Source of the DNA: Blasia pusilla
Lineage: Eukaryota
Direction of reading: 5' to 3'
Assembly (NCBI GenBank): GCA_050084515.1
Contig: CM114271.1
Coordinates: forward strand, 12,152,001-12,216,000
DNA: 64,000 nucleotides
Of this stretch, positions 50,060 to 64,000 are shown piece after piece. The number at the start of each line of letters is the position of its first letter. Position 1 is the first letter of the stretch. Position numbers and translations under genes: made by a program. The notes below the pieces were generated by a model. That model worked only from the letters and a program-made list of their open reading frames with translations. It searched no databases and was not told where the DNA came from.

Positions 50060-50510
50060 AGTAGTAGTCATAGCTCTCTTGTTGTTGCTGATATTGTCTC
50101 TGCTGTTGGTGAGTTTCGTCGTTAGGGGGGGGAATGCCCCCTTCTTCCTTTTCTGGTCGTGTTGTGGCCTTCAGGTTTTGACTCTTTGAGTCCCCCTCTT
50201 TTGTACTTCCGATGGGTTTTCCATCACTCATTTTTATCGAAGTGCATCTTTGTGAGTTTTTCACAAGAAGGGGACCCCACAAACAAGGCCCACTTAGTAG
50301 TAGTCATAGCTCTCTTGTTATTGCTGATATTGTCTCTGCTGTTGGTGAGTTTCGTCGTTAGGGGGGGAATGCCCCCTTCTTCCTTTTCTGGTCGTGTTGT
50401 GGCCTTCAGGTTTTGACTCTTTGAATCCCCCTCTTTTGTACTTCCGATGGGTTTTATCGAAGTGCATCTTTGTGAGTTTTTCACAAGAAGGGGACCCCAC
50501 AGACAAGGCC
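50060..50510. repeat. Tandem duplication of ~230 bp
   Basis: AGTAGTAGTCATAGCTCTCTTG...GGGACCCCACA(A/G)ACAAGGCC at 50060-50290 and 50296-50510. Confidence 0.9.
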
Positions 50511-53500
50511 GAATTGCCGCAGGAGTCGGAGAGCGCAAAGTTCCACGCAACTCAACGAGCGCAATCAACGAGAAGCAAAGTGAAGGCGAACATAAAAAGG
50601 CGACAGTGTGACGTCTGCTTCCGTCTCCCCACACGTGCAATTTTCAGACACTCACAAACAAGAACTCATAATGCGTAGCACGGGATCTCCCATCCACGAC
50701 AACGATGAGGGTAGACTTTCAGCAGCGTTAGCACGTCTTTCACTACTGCACACGTCCCCAGGTCCTGATTTTCTAAAGTGGTGCGGCAGGGAACAAAGAC
50801 GCCTACGGTTGAAGAACGAATCTCCGAAAAAGTCACCCGCAGAGATGAAAACGCGAAATTTTGACACCCCGCCCCAACTGCCCCGCGGAAACCAAGCCCA
50901 GCCAATGTGGAAGTCCCCGCTGAATTTGCGAGTAAGCAACCCCAATTTGTGGTGACTTCCTAACATGACAGCCCGTTCATAACCAAGTAAACGACTACGC
51001 AAAGCCGTGGTGACCCGACTACACTCGATGATGCCGCTCCGAAAGCATCGTATGGTAGGCCCGCCCAGTGCCAAGACAGACACGCTGCGCTTATGAGAAT
51101 CGCAGCTATCGGTGACAGCAGCTCACACTATCGCGGGAAGAAAAGGAGCAAAAGTTAGTGGAGAGTCACTGACCCAAGCAGATAACGGTAAAGTACCCGA
51201 GGGGCCGCGATGGATGTAGGGAAACTAATCGCTAAAACTCTATCGTCATATTTCTCTGTACCCCACTGCACAAACAAAGCCAAAGTTGCAAGAATCAAGT
51301 TCTACTATGTCCTGAACACCGCGCTGAGTTCGTCTAGGTCGAGGTGGACAGGGGCCCGCAACAGATCAGACCAGCGGGGAAGTAGTATAGGTAGCACTGT
51401 GCTGCGTTCGCGTCGCACTGTTGAAGAGCTAGGGAACCCGGAGTGTAAATCGGGGGCGGCAGCGTGCGCCTGCGCGATCTGCGGTCTCACGCTAAATTCG
51501 GAACGAGCCGATAAGAAGAAGATGCAAAAGCAATGTTATTTCTGTCGGAATGTGACGCCATCCACGATGCGCGACGATTCCCGGAACTGCCCACATTTAT
51601 GTCGTCTCGTCTCCTCTCGTGCTCAGTGCTCACTAATCACCATTAGAGCTAACTGACCTCGTCCGTCACACCCTGCGATTCCATGCTGTCAAATCCCAAT
51701 CTCATCCATACGAATGCACGAATGCATGCACGGGGTTTACCTCTCGAGGATTAGGCAGCCTGAACCCTACTTTACATGCTAACCACAGCTTACGATTCTT
51801 CACATCTTCCTTGAATGCAGAGCTGGAATATCTTAAAAGAAAGCAATCCGTCCGTCGAAAGCGATTTAAGTTACATGGGAGAACTCGAAGGATCCATCGC
51901 AAACCAATGATACCAATCGTAAATACACAATAAGAGTCAGAAATCGAAAAGCCAAACTTTCCCTACAATTGTACAACTAGCGGATGAATACTTTTTGCGC
52001 ATGAATTCCCCCCTTAAATTGCTTTTCATTCGATCCCAATAAACTTAATTCGTCCTCATCCTTACCTTAACTGTCCGAGCTCGCGGAGCTTTGTTCCCTA
52101 CAAGAAGAACTTAAAGCAATGCCGTCCGTAGTGTTATTAGCTGAATTATCATCGAAATGATTGATTTCCGCTGGCTCCATGACGTCAAAACAACTACCGC
52201 ACTCAAAGTGACCGCCGCTAAAATGCCTGTCCTCCGCTATTACAACTGACAAAGTGGACCTCATACAGTGGGCGCCGCTAAGTTCTTTTGTCCTTTCCTG
52301 TTATGACTGACGCTCTGCCTCTTACTATACCTTCGCTATTTACGCTATCGAGTAGTCACTAGTCACCTTGGTAAAGTCGCCACCATTCGATACGCTAGTC
52401 GGTTGTGTTAAAACCATGTCTGATTTCTGGACGCATTACATACATGACGCCATACCCGCCACTCGCCGCTTGCGTTGGACTGCGCTTTACCAGTCAACGC
52501 CCTTCTCGTTGACTGGCATCTTGCGTGACTAGGCCCCCGGTTAGAGCTAGCAGCCACGTGGTATCCCGTGACTTCGGCGGGGAGAAATACCGTAACAGTT
52601 ATTCCTTAGATACTCTTTTCTTTTAAACAAGAACGCGGCCCCTTAGTTGAGGCTATGTGCTGTCCTCATTGTGAACATAGATATAAGAGTAGGAAAATGA
52701 CGGTCGCAACACACAAGGATTGATTGTCTGCGACGGCTAAGGTATTACCCCTAATTCTATGGGTGTTCTGTTTAAGTCAATGAGAGTGAACTTGTGAATA
52801 ATATGTTAGTGAATAATATGTTAGAATAAGTATGGTAGAAAAAGTAGATGGTGAGAGAAAATGATCGACATAACTTTTTGCCTAACAATTATGTGAATGT
52901 CATCGATCGATTGCAGGTAAATTAATAATGTTGAACAGTTGGTAGGATACCCAATTAAATATGAGTTTTTGAAATAGTTGTCGCATGACTACGAGCAAGT
53001 TCAAATCAAATAGAAGCCTCAAAGTGTGAGACTATGCTGTTGTTGAATTTTGGTTTCAGAGGTGTGTGGCATTGGACAGAACCTGGTTGCAGATACTTTA
53101 TATGAATAAGCATACCGATAATAAATAAACTCAACAGTGAATCTCCCTGTTAATTTGTTGTTACAGGTTTTGAGACGATACAACTGTGGCCGTAACCGAG
53201 AATGCTACAATATAACTAGAGTAGGCAGTGCAAAAAAAAGGTGCACAGAAACTAAAGTGATACTTTAAACAATAAGGAAGTATCTCAATAGTGTGCCACA
53301 TCTAAGATATTCTAAACAGAGTATTATCCCAGCAGAAAACCAGAAATAGCTGAGTTGCCACTATCAAAAATGTTAACAAAATATGTGAAAGAAATAACCG
53401 AGAGAAAGTTGCATTTTATGAAAATGTAGGATTAATTTTACTGCATAGTGCAAAATTTTTGAATAGAAAATGGAGTTGTAGAATATAGCCAAGTCTTTGG

Positions 53501-54348
53501 AACAAGTACAGCTCACCGCATGGAGGTATGGAAGACGAAACAGAGATGAAGTAGTTGTAGTGTACACCACATGGTACATTATGTGGGCAAGAGAACACAA
53601 AGTGGCAGGCTGAGTAGCTACATTACAGTAGACAAGTGTTGTAGCTAGCGAATGCATAAATCTAACTCCTCATCACAAGGATGGTGCTTTTTACAATGGT
53701 CACTCAGAGTCATCAACTCAGCAATGATCGATCTAAGTTGTTCATGCACATCTATGATTTTTTCTACACGATGTCCATTGTCCTTCCAGCATATTCCATG
53801 ACTTTCCTAAGTATTTCATTGAGACGCTCACATTTTTTGAGCTAGTCATGAAGGACAACAATATTCTTAAGGGCTGCATCAAATAATGTGATCGGGATAA
53901 TATCAATGGAGTAGGATGCAATGGCAACTTCATTGTTCTGTGCTGCAGAAAAAATTCGACGCCTTTTTTGTTGTGCTTTGCAACGAGTCGGAGGACATGT
54001 AAGGGGTATGCGGTAGGCGCTAGTAGGTGTGTGGCCATTGGAAATAGTCTCCTGCAAGCGATATGAACCAGAAAACTGCAATTAGAAACCCACTACACTG
54101 AATTGGTGACATGGAAATAACTCACAAAAGATCAAATTCAGTGCTCTGAGGCTGAGCTACAGAATGCGAGTACACATGGAAAGAGTGGCTCACTACAGCC
54201 TAGAGCAGAATCAGATAAGGAAAAACTGTTACTAGTAAAAGTTGGTCTTATAGTTAATATAGTTCAACATAATTCTGATTTGGTGAGTTTATAATCATCT
54301 GCCCTAAATTTTTGACATCTAAGAATTGGGATGGTGGTATATTTGTAG

Positions 54349-54877
54349 GAAAACGGCAGAGTCGTACAAAGCGTGATTGTGGACTTATGATGTCTCCATT
54401 AGGAAGGAGCAGAACTTAAAACCTAGATGTGAGCTCATGCCAAATGGTATTCCATCGCCTAAAGATCCAGGTTATGAGCCTTGGCTAAATGAATTGAAGG
54501 TATGGGTGATGAGGTACTTGGACTTATCATGCATTGAGATTAGTAAACAAAATTCTATCAGCATGGCTGTTGTTCAGAATCACATCCTTGAGGCATACAC
54601 ATTTGTGGGTGCATCATCTCTTTCATTTGATTTCATGAAGAAAAAAATAGCACAAATATTGAAAACTGAGCGATCCAATGTCAAGAACTATTGGACATTA
54701 CATGGGGCTCACCGCGCAGTACCGTGTCACCCAGATACCGATGAGGAGTCATGGAATTGATTAGTAGATTATTTGCTATGCGAGAAGGGAAAAATGAAGG
54801 CAGAAAAGATGGCTCGAGCAAGGGCCAAGGTCCAGACTTTAAATTTCTCCAACCGTGTAGGTTTAGATGGACTTGAT
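54349..54877 (+). pseudogene. CACTA TnpA/Ptta-like exon
   Basis: AG..GT-bounded exon ending HPDTDEESWN*LVDYLLCEKGKMKAEKMARARAKV..NRVGLDG, the W..LV.Y.....K..AE....R.K pattern of En/Spm ORF2 proteins. Confidence 0.6.
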
Positions 54878-57289
54878 GTAAGTCATCTTGGCATTCCCTA
54901 GTTTTCTTGCTAAAGTTACAAAATGGTTGAAAACTTCCATTATTGCTTCATTTCCATATTTGCATTGAACCCTTTCATATGCATGAAATTAATAATCTAA
55001 TGTATTTAAGGAGCATGTGCAGGTATAACAACGTACCTCAAAGGAGTCCTTGGGCACATGCTAGAATCTATGGAGAGAGACGAGGTTCCTAAACAACCAG
55101 GTTTCACACAAGTGAGTTCACCATCAAATGTAACTACAAAGTGCATAAGTGAAGAGATTGCATGAACTCTAGGAAGATACTCAACTAAAGCGGAATGAAA
55201 GACTTGTCAAGTACAAGTACATTGATGGAACTACAATGTCATACAATCCACAACACACACAGTTCTTTGGCTAAATTCTTAGGCCAGTGAGAGCACTTGG
55301 TAAATGAGTGGATGTATGACTGAGACATATCGTTCTCGACTAGAGCAGTGTCAACTGTTGGGCTCTCGGCAAATCGTTAGCAACATAAAGATAGACTTAA
55401 GGTCCTACATAAATACAACCTGAGAAATAAATAGAAACAATATGTAGCCGACTAGGGTACAAGCATAAATGTAACTTTTACACAAAGGCCGGGTGATAGG
55501 AATTCAATGATAACAAGCAGTGCATGAGCAGCAACAATCCTAGGGCAAAAAGCAGACATGACCAGCAAACATATGGTGCAGAAGCAAGTAACATTCTATG
55601 CGTTTACAAAGCTTATACAGAGTATTTTGTGCATAAACTGAATTTACATTTACAAATGTAGCCAAGAGTTACAGTTGGCTATTGAGCACAATCACTTGTT
55701 GTAATGAAGTAGCAAGACTGCCCTTCATACTATTTCAGTAGCGAGATAGGAAGGAAAACCGGAATTACTGCCGAATATATAGCAACTTCACCAACATAGT
55801 TGGGCATAGGCCAACAAGTGAAGGAAAAAAACAAGTTAACAATTGTTGGTACTGTGTACAGCCAGCAATTGAGCTCAAAAACTGGTACTGTTGTTCACAT
55901 AGTTGTGTACGACTTTAGAACACTGCACAGGACCGGAACAAGAGAGTCAAAGATGGGCGGCAAGCAATAAACGACAACAAACGCAAGCAATGGCAAGTTC
56001 ATTACACAAACACAAGAGACTAGTGTCGGACTGATCTTTCACACTAAACTCAAGTACATTTTTGCTTGTTTGGAGACTCTCGCAGAATGGGACCAACATA
56101 TGGTGTACCATCGGTGTTGAACTGAAACGTGGCACCACGGCTTGCAGATGCAAACCTTGTTGGATAAGACGTCGAAGTAGGTAGCTGCTGAGAAACACTA
56201 CCTAACCCATCATACAACTCAGGTGAAGTCGATGGTGCGCCATTGTTGCGAATAGCTCTCAAATGTGTGAGAAAATGGGTTGCCTTTGCAGAACTTAGTG
56301 GAATCAACATATCAAGCGGAAATTTCATTTTTACACACAATTATTGAAACTGATCGGGCTTTATACCACCAGTCAAGCGGGCATAGTGAACGGCAACCTG
56401 CTCTCTAGTCAAATCTGCTTCATTAAACTCAATCCCCTTGTACGCCATAACTTCTTTTTGAATTCTTGGTATAGGCCCACATGTAAAACATATAAGAAAA
56501 ACTTAGCAAAGAAAGTCAAAATACTACTATTTAAGCAGTTTATTGCAGTGCAACCAACAACACGCACATGTCGTAGGCGGCTGATTTTTCAGCTCACAAA
56601 TAGATGCTGTCCATAGCTTCCTGTGGTCAATCATCCAACTCGAGATATCGTCACCCCAGTGGGACTGGTCCAATCCTAAGCTATTGGCGTACCTCAGTTG
56701 CGCATCTATTGGTGGGACAACCTCAACACTAGCCTTAGCTGGAAGCTCTAGCATATTGTCAAGAATCATCTTGGCGAAATCCACATACGACCTTGGCACC
56801 TGGATAAAAAAAAACCAGCAGAGTCAAAGAATGCATAGGTGGATAGCTGAAAATTGGGGTATACAAATGGGTTGCATCACCTGTTTGGTATGGCCTAGCA
56901 GTTTCTGATCAAGCAAGTTGAATAGGACTTATTCAGATAGAAGCAAACCTGGGCGCCATACTAAAATTGGTTGTCAGTAGTGGGAGTCGGAAGTTGCCAT
57001 GGTGGTGGCGGCTAGAGGTAATCATCTGAGCTACGGTCGCTCAACAATATTGTAGTTGCGGCGGCCGGAGATGGAGCCATAGCTGGACTGAAGTTCTCTG
57101 GTTGTGCATTTGTGCCGACATGCTTCCTTGTTCTACCTCTTGTTGATCCGTTGTTGGCCGCCATGCTTGCTAAAATCACTACAAGTTAGGTGGACAGGGT
57201 ATAGTTGTGGATGGCACTACACAATGTGCCCATAAACATGAAAGTACGTAGGGCCCAAACTTCCAATAATTCTCAGATTTTCTCTACCT

Positions 57290-59750
57290 TTTACTGCAAT
57301 AGGATTACATACACAAGGCTAGGTGCAAAGGCTACTCTAATTACCAACAAACACTTGCCACTTATAGTCACCCCTTGGGTTTTATGGCCAGTTATTGTAG
57401 AGCCAAGAACAAGAGGAAATGTCTTCATAGGATACCTTTGGTTAGGGCCGTGTCGCAGTGTAGCAAAGTTTGTCCTACTCACTTTCATGACCCTACTATT
57501 TGAGTGCAACATCACTGTAATAGAACTCAGCTCATTTGGTTTATGGGTGCAATCTAGGACTATTATTGAGGCACCGTTTGTTGCCTAATTTTTGCCATCA
57601 ATGTTAGATGTCAACAGAACTTTACAACCAATTGCAATAAATTGTAGTTGGTGGAAAGACGGATCAGAGATCCAATCATGGAACTACGAATCGGGTGGTG
57701 CATTAGTAGAGATATGGATAGGAAGAATTGAACCAGAGCCATAAAGCCTCTGAAGAGAAACAATATTAAATAGTTGGACATGAGCTCGATGGGAGCAAAT
57801 TACATAAGTGTCTTCTTGTATGAAATCTATACCAACATCTTCCTCGACAAAGTAGTCACCAAGACAAGAAGTAATCTGATGTTGTGTAGGTTGCCTGAGT
57901 CTGAGTTCGGACAAGAAAGTAAGGAGCTGGCTGTCCTCGCTATTTCTTATAGCATTAGATAATTTGTACTTGTGTACTGAGCTGAAAAATGGCGATTAAG
58001 ATATATGGCATGCCATACACATTGGAACAACATTATAGCGACTAATTGGTGGTATTTGACAAAGTTCACCTAAAAGAATAACAAGCTTTGTAGAAATTTG
58101 ATGAGGGATCAGACCTCGTGAGGCCTCATGCCAATTATTTGGAGCAACTGAGGTGTAAGCATGGAAAACTTGTCGGCAACTATAACCTTAGCATCTCTGA
58201 GGAGACTATACTGTTCACTTGCAGTGTGCATGTTAGGTAGATTGCCCTTTATGGGGATTGCAAGTGCGGGATGGACACTTGTGGCTTGGTCATGCAGCCT
58301 GACAGCTACTATGCCGGTGGTTGCCGTCAACATGGTGGGCACAGAATTAAGAGACCGGTACTTCTGCATGAAATGGATAAAGAATGTCTTGCCACACCCA
58401 GGGGGTCCACTAAGCATCACTAAACCAGATGTAAGTGTTGTCATTGTTTCATAAAGTGAGCCTTGCTCACCGTTCAGTAGATGAAGCGGCAGTGCAACGT
58501 CGGGAGAAAGCTCAGCGGTATCAGGTGTGGTGCATGCCTACCGTGGTAAACCAACTACTAATTCAAGAAGTATGTTAAAGACAAGGTGTGGCCCAATAAG
58601 GTCCATTACTTTTATGACAACTTCACTCGCGTGAACTTCACTCCAAAGATTGGTGGTAGCATGGTTTCTGAGTTCCTCCACAATAGGCGAAGGGTCCTGA
58701 AATATTTTGCGATAGATACATTCATGCAGATATGTCCAATCAGGCAAGTGCACATATAGTACATCACTCTCCATTCTGAATGTTATATGATGCAGAAGTA
58801 TATTGTAGAAAAACTCATTGGATTGATGGAGCGGGTGGTACTTAGTAAGCCTAACCGGCTTATGTGTCATGTAGACAGAATTGCCTATACAATCATGTCC
58901 TACAAATTTTGTGCTCTTGTGCCTACTGTAAGTACCTCATAGGAAGTCTAGAACTGGAAGAACGTTAATTCACAAAGGCACAAAGGCCGATGAGAATATA
59001 TCATCGTGAGATTGATGCATAGGGTAGTCGCATTTTTGTAAAGTGTAGTTCTTCTATGAGGAGGGCTTGAATCAATATACTGCACACTCTAGGATCTGTA
59101 GATGATTGGTATTCTTATTGTAGTGAGAGTTTCCTGTGTCGATGAAATAGGACGATTCAATACAAGTCTAGATATAAGACGTAGCCTATTCTCATCAAGA
59201 TCCTCAAGGCCCAGGCATCGTGCGCACTCTGTGTTTATATTCAAAGACCCTTGTGGCTCAGATTTCAATGCATATTTCAGCAAATAAAATGACCACTAAA
59301 CATTAGTCACCCGTTGCAGGTTCATGTGTGCTCCCCAAAGTAATAGGATTGTAGAGTGATACGGGATGACATTACGGTGTTCTAAGCCAAGCCTATAATA
59401 TGTCCACTTCAAAGTATGTGGATCAACAAAAGTTTGGGGTTGCAAGAAATCCCATACGACACTATGGTGGATGATCTTTTGTCCCCCTAATGGTGCACAC
59501 TCCCTGTTTACATGTATGTATCTGCTTGGTCGTAACAAATTGGTGCAACCTATGGAGCAGACTAAGCTGGGTGGCCGACTCTCTAGCAGGACTATGAAGA
59601 GAAGGAATATACCAACATATCTCTGAAGTGACACGATTAATATCTTGGTTGCTTACCCATAGTATCATGTGGCAGTGCAAGCTCCCCCGACCTTGGAGCT
59701 CATAACGGACCAGGTAGTTATAAACATGTCCCAAGATCATAGCCAAGTAT
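57290..59750 (-). pseudogene. Helitron Rep (HUH) / PIF1 helicase
   Basis: VRYELQGRGSLHCHMILWV (HUH motif), LKYALKSEP (YxxK), SGPPGCGKTF (Walker A), VIVADKFSML, FPLVLGSTITGHKTQGVTI. Confidence 0.88.
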
Positions 59751-60344
59751 GTAGTATCTCACTCATAGTAAACCTTTATAGGGTAGGTGAGAAAGTAGAG
59801 GGAATATATGAGAACTTTGGGAGTTAAGTCTGAAAAAATACCAACTAAATTCATTGATGGCATATGCTGACCATGTTCATTCTAATCATTTCAATGGCTT
59901 AAGAGAGGAGATTGCTAAAATTCACAATGTGAGCTTGCTGCACGCATGGTACATCTAAATTTTTTGGAATGATACTAACATTTGGAACATTAAATGTGAA
60001 ACGGTGTATGTTCGGAAGGGTCTGAACTAGCAAGAATATTATATAATATTTTCTTCCTTTGGTTGATGGTAGCTCCTAAAAGCATCTCTTGGGTTTGACA
60101 CAGGTTCCATTGGGGGGAGGCAAGGGTTAGCCGCTTGGAGAAAACAAGTGCCCATTTTGATATAAGAAGATACTTTCAAGTCTCAACTAAGTTTGCATTT
60201 TAATTTCAAGGTAGTTGCGGCCTACTTGACAAAACCTCTTTTGTCTCTATTCACGGAAATGTTTCGTTGTAGAGAACAATTGTTGTCCAACATTTTCCTC
60301 CTACATGTATTTACTCATGTTCTTATTAACTTGATGTAGGGGCT

Positions 60345-63300
60345 ATGGTACCACCAAGTTCTGCTCATATCCAATTGGATTTGAGCGATCCCCATAGAAT
60401 CCAAGCCCATGACTACAAGTTGTGGCAAAGGGAATGTACTAGGTCTTGCACATTAGGAAGGGAGAGGGCCAAATGTCCTTGTAGTGAGTGCGAGGGTGGG
60501 ACTACCTTGGGATTAGGCAAGGTAGAAGAACACTTGAGAAAAAATGGATGATCTCATTTTTTTCGCATCCCTAAAAGTAGGGAAGAGTGGGACTCCTCAG
60601 ATGAGGAGTCCCACTTTTGAGTGAGGAGAACCATGACAGAAGGGAGCGTGAGCTTATTATGCAATCCAAGCGCTTGCAAGAATTACCTTACAATAACAAT
60701 TCAAACTTGGATGCAGACATTGATCTCCCTCAGATGCTTAATGACATATTTAGACAATATGATGAACTCCATGATGAAGATGGCACAATTGATGAAGGTG
60801 GTACAGAGGATGTAAACCACCCCAATAAAAGCAAAGATCCAAACATCCCCTCAGATTTTAATGAGCTTGCTGCAGCATGCAAGACGCTCTTCCCAAGAGC
60901 TAAGACTTCTTTACTTGGTTTTATTATGCTCATCTTCAATATTGGTGCTACCCATGGGGTACCCAATATTGCAATCGACGAGATTTTGAAACTTTTAAGT
61001 AAGATGGTACTCCCATCCAATAATCATTTCCCACCATCATACTATGCTGCCAAAAAACTTATCAGCAAGCTTGGAATGAGTTACAACTCTATCCATGCAT
61101 GTCCTAAAGATTGTGTCCTTTTTCATGGGGACTTGGCTGATAATGATGAGTGTCCCAAGTGTGGAAATTCTAGGTTCAAGAAAGTTGGGAGGTCCTTGGT
61201 ACCAAACAAGGTCTTGAGACATTTCCCTATAATCCCTAGGATGCAGCGTATGTATAGATGATGGGCTTTGTCAGAGTTGTTGAATTGGGCTTTTGAAAAC
61301 AAGGGCAAGGATGGTATGGTTGGACATGCAAGGGATAGCAAGGCATGGTATCGTATAGATCATCTGTACCTTGATTTTGTTGTGGAGAGTAGAAATTTTA
61401 GGTTTGGTTTAGCCCTTGATGGGGTGAATCCATATTATAACAAGGCAAGCTCTTGGTCGACCTGGTCGGTCTTATTGGTTAACTAAAATTTGCCACCTTG
61501 GCTTCAAACCAAAAATTTCTTTGTGATGTTGGCTCTTATTATTCCTGGTAAGGAGAGTGTCAAAGAAGAGAACATTAACACTTACTTGGCCCCCTTGGCT
61601 GATGAATTATAAGAGTTGTGGAATGGAGTAGAATTCCAAGATGTGCGTAGACCACATGGATCCTCGAGCTTTCTATTTAGAGCCATGATCTTGTATGGAC
61701 AATAAATGATTATCTAGCATATGGCACAATCTCAAGACAAAGTCATGGTGGGAAACTTGCGTGTATAATATATGGGTCCTTATGTAGATTCGGATTTCTC
61801 CAAAAAATGTGGGAAGCCTTGTAATGTACCAGTGGTTTTTAAATTGATGTTTATACAGTAATTTAATGAGTTCGATCCCCAAGAGGATCATGATTATGTG
61901 AAAAGAGAGGTTAAGATGTCGTTTATCTTGCAATAGTTGTAATTAAGTGTATGTAATTCAGATTCAATCACTTATCAATGTCTTCAGATCTCTCTTAGTA
62001 CCAAGTTTCTTTTCTCTATTCTCTCTAGTAGAGTTGAAATCACGCTCAGGTAGATCTTCACTCAACATCGAAGAACCTCACAGAGATCTCAATAAGAAGT
62101 TGGCTTCTCCTACTTTCGGAACTCAATCCGTCTAGGCAGGCTACTCTCTGTTGAATAGATTTCTTTCAACTCCGTGTTGATTATTTTATTGATGAAAAGG
62201 TTCTCCTGATTCACTCTTCACTCTCCAAACCCAATGAGAATACTTAGACATATGCATCGCACATCAGAATGAAGAAATGAGTGCTTTACTACTCCATCAA
62301 GAATGAGAAATCTTCAAAAGTGTGTACAAACTCGAGAGGGTACTACTCTCTTGCTCAAACCATTCCTACAGCATAAGGACTTTGTGAGAGAATGATGATG
62401 ATAGCTACTTTCATGCTTCTTAAATATTCTCCGAAGTAGGAGTGGTTCTAAGGATTTGAAGCGGTCTTGAGGAATCTGGTGTCTCTTCATCAATTGTAAC
62501 TACCTAGATCTATGGTGCTCTATTCTTTTCCTATGATCCCTGTGAATCCGCTGAGCATAACTCTATTAACTTCCTATCTGATACCAAAAGTTATGCCTTT
62601 TCCTAGTCTAACTGCTGTATCAGAATGCCGCTTGAAATCACTTCGAGTCTTAGCTTCGCTTCGCTGCAAAGTCTGGACCTCTTTTGCTTCACTTGAGGAC
62701 AAAGCTCTTTCTCCTAATCTGAAGACAAAGCACTTCATGCTTTGTTCAAGAGCGAAGCACTTCATGAACAAGTTTTGAATAGGGCTTCGTTGATTTTTCC
62801 AAGCTTCACTCTGAGTCTTTAGACTTCGTTGCTGCATTTCTCTCTCCTCTAAGGCAAATCCTTGATCTTCCACCTCTTTGCCTTGTCCTAGGAGCTTTGT
62901 GATCCATTTCAATATTACTCATTCTTCTACTACACAACCATAATATCCAAAATCATTATGTATACACAAGTTTTCTTCGAATAAAAAGCTCTAAATCTTC
63001 AAAAGTACAAAATTGCGGGTATCACAAGCCTATTTTTGGTTATCGTCGTAGACACTTTCCCAATGATCATGTGTGGAGAGGACAAGCCTATGGTTCCCAC
63101 TTCAATGGAAGGGGTGCGTCTAGGGATGCACCTCCAAGGATTAGAGCAGACGAGATTCTTAGATGGGCATAGGAAAAAAGAATATATGATGAGGATGGAG
63201 GTCAAGAGGATGGTCCAAGTGATCCCTACAAAAGGACTGGGGTGAAGAGAAGGTCTCTATTGTAGGATTTGCCATATTTGAGAGTATCCGCACCAATGTG

Positions 63301-64000
63301 ATTTTATTTTACTCATGCTTGTGATATCTTTTGCATCAAGTATTTTATTTATTTATGATGAACATAGATTTCCTTGACTTGATGGTAGCATCTTTTGATA
63401 CGACATACCCTAGATTTTATGCATGTGGAGAAAAATATTGTAGAGAATCTGGTCAAGACCTTTATAGGGATGAAGGATACTGTGAAGGTTAGAAGAGATA
63501 TGGAAGCTCGTGGAATAAGACCTCACTTGTGGTTACAACCCCATCCAAGTAGACCTCAAGGCCTAGTGAAACCTCAATGTGATTATGTTTTATCACCTTA
63601 AGAGTTGGCCATGTTCTTATTTAGGATTCAGTCCTTGAAAGTGCCCACAAGATATAGTGGTGAGCTAAGAAAGCATGTGGTTAAAAAGAATCTAGGTAAC
63701 ATGAAGTCACATGATTATCATGTGCTAATTCACCAAACCCTTCCTTTTGCCCTTCGTGGCCTAATGAAAGCTCGTGTTTGTTCAACCATTATGCGCTTGA
63801 GTAAAATTTTCAGGTTACTATGTTGTAAAGTGTATGATGCTACATATTCCAAACAACTACACAAGGAAATAGCGATAACCTTATGTCTCTTGGAGATGCA
63901 TTTCCCACCTTCCTTTTTTTATGTGATGACAAATATTTTGATCCATGTGATTGAAGAATTGGACATATGTGGGCCTTTAGCTTGTCGATGGATGTATCCC
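60345..64000 (+). pseudogene. CACTA/En-Spm TnpD transposase (interrupted by solo LTR; runs off window)
   Basis: CPCSEC..EEHLRKNG; IHACPKDCVLF..CPKCG..KVLRHFPIIPR; LALDGVNPY..STWSV..NLPPW; HTLDFMHVEKNI; MKSHDYHVL; LEMHFPPSFF. Confidence 0.93.
61820..63026 (-). mobile_element. Solo LTR of family A with 5-bp TSD
   Basis: TG..CA ends; AGCCT at 61815-61819 and 63027-63031. Confidence 0.95.

Noticed and set aside
44100-52600. Short ORFs as host genes
   Set aside because: No recognisable domain or consistent exon chain; a UTR or lncRNA cannot be excluded.
53359-53372. CACTATCAAAAA as a CACTA terminus
   Set aside because: No matching opposite end or 3-bp TSD can be checked in this window.

Overview
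This is eukaryotic, plant-type (streptophyte/bryophyte-like) heterochromatic DNA with no host gene I can support. It is a stack of nested, mostly pseudogenised transposons, and two independent TE-borne DNA methyltransferase systems stand out. (1) A Ty3/Gypsy-like retroelement family has the polyprotein order Gag-PR-[DNMT3-like C5 methyltransferase]-RT-RH-INT-PHD finger. One near-complete + copy lies at 26445-37588, one fragmented - copy spans 637-41932, and a further fragment lies at 1-636. Its termini are split direct repeats (A...B-A-B) rather than ordinary LTRs. (2) A Mutator-like DNA transposon (2464-23534, 9-bp TSD GTACTCAAT) is inserted in the RT of the - copy. It carries a spliced cargo gene fusing a ParB/Srx-like domain to a degenerate beta-class N4/N6 DNA methyltransferase, and roughly 30 copies of a ~29-bp palindrome in its introns and flanks. 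Also present: a full-length Athila-like Gypsy element with an extra ORF (5911-16741), three solo or truncated LTRs of that family, a Helitron Rep/PIF1 pseudogene, and CACTA TnpA-like and TnpD pseudogenes. All domain calls come from by-eye motif recognition and manual translation; no database searches were run.
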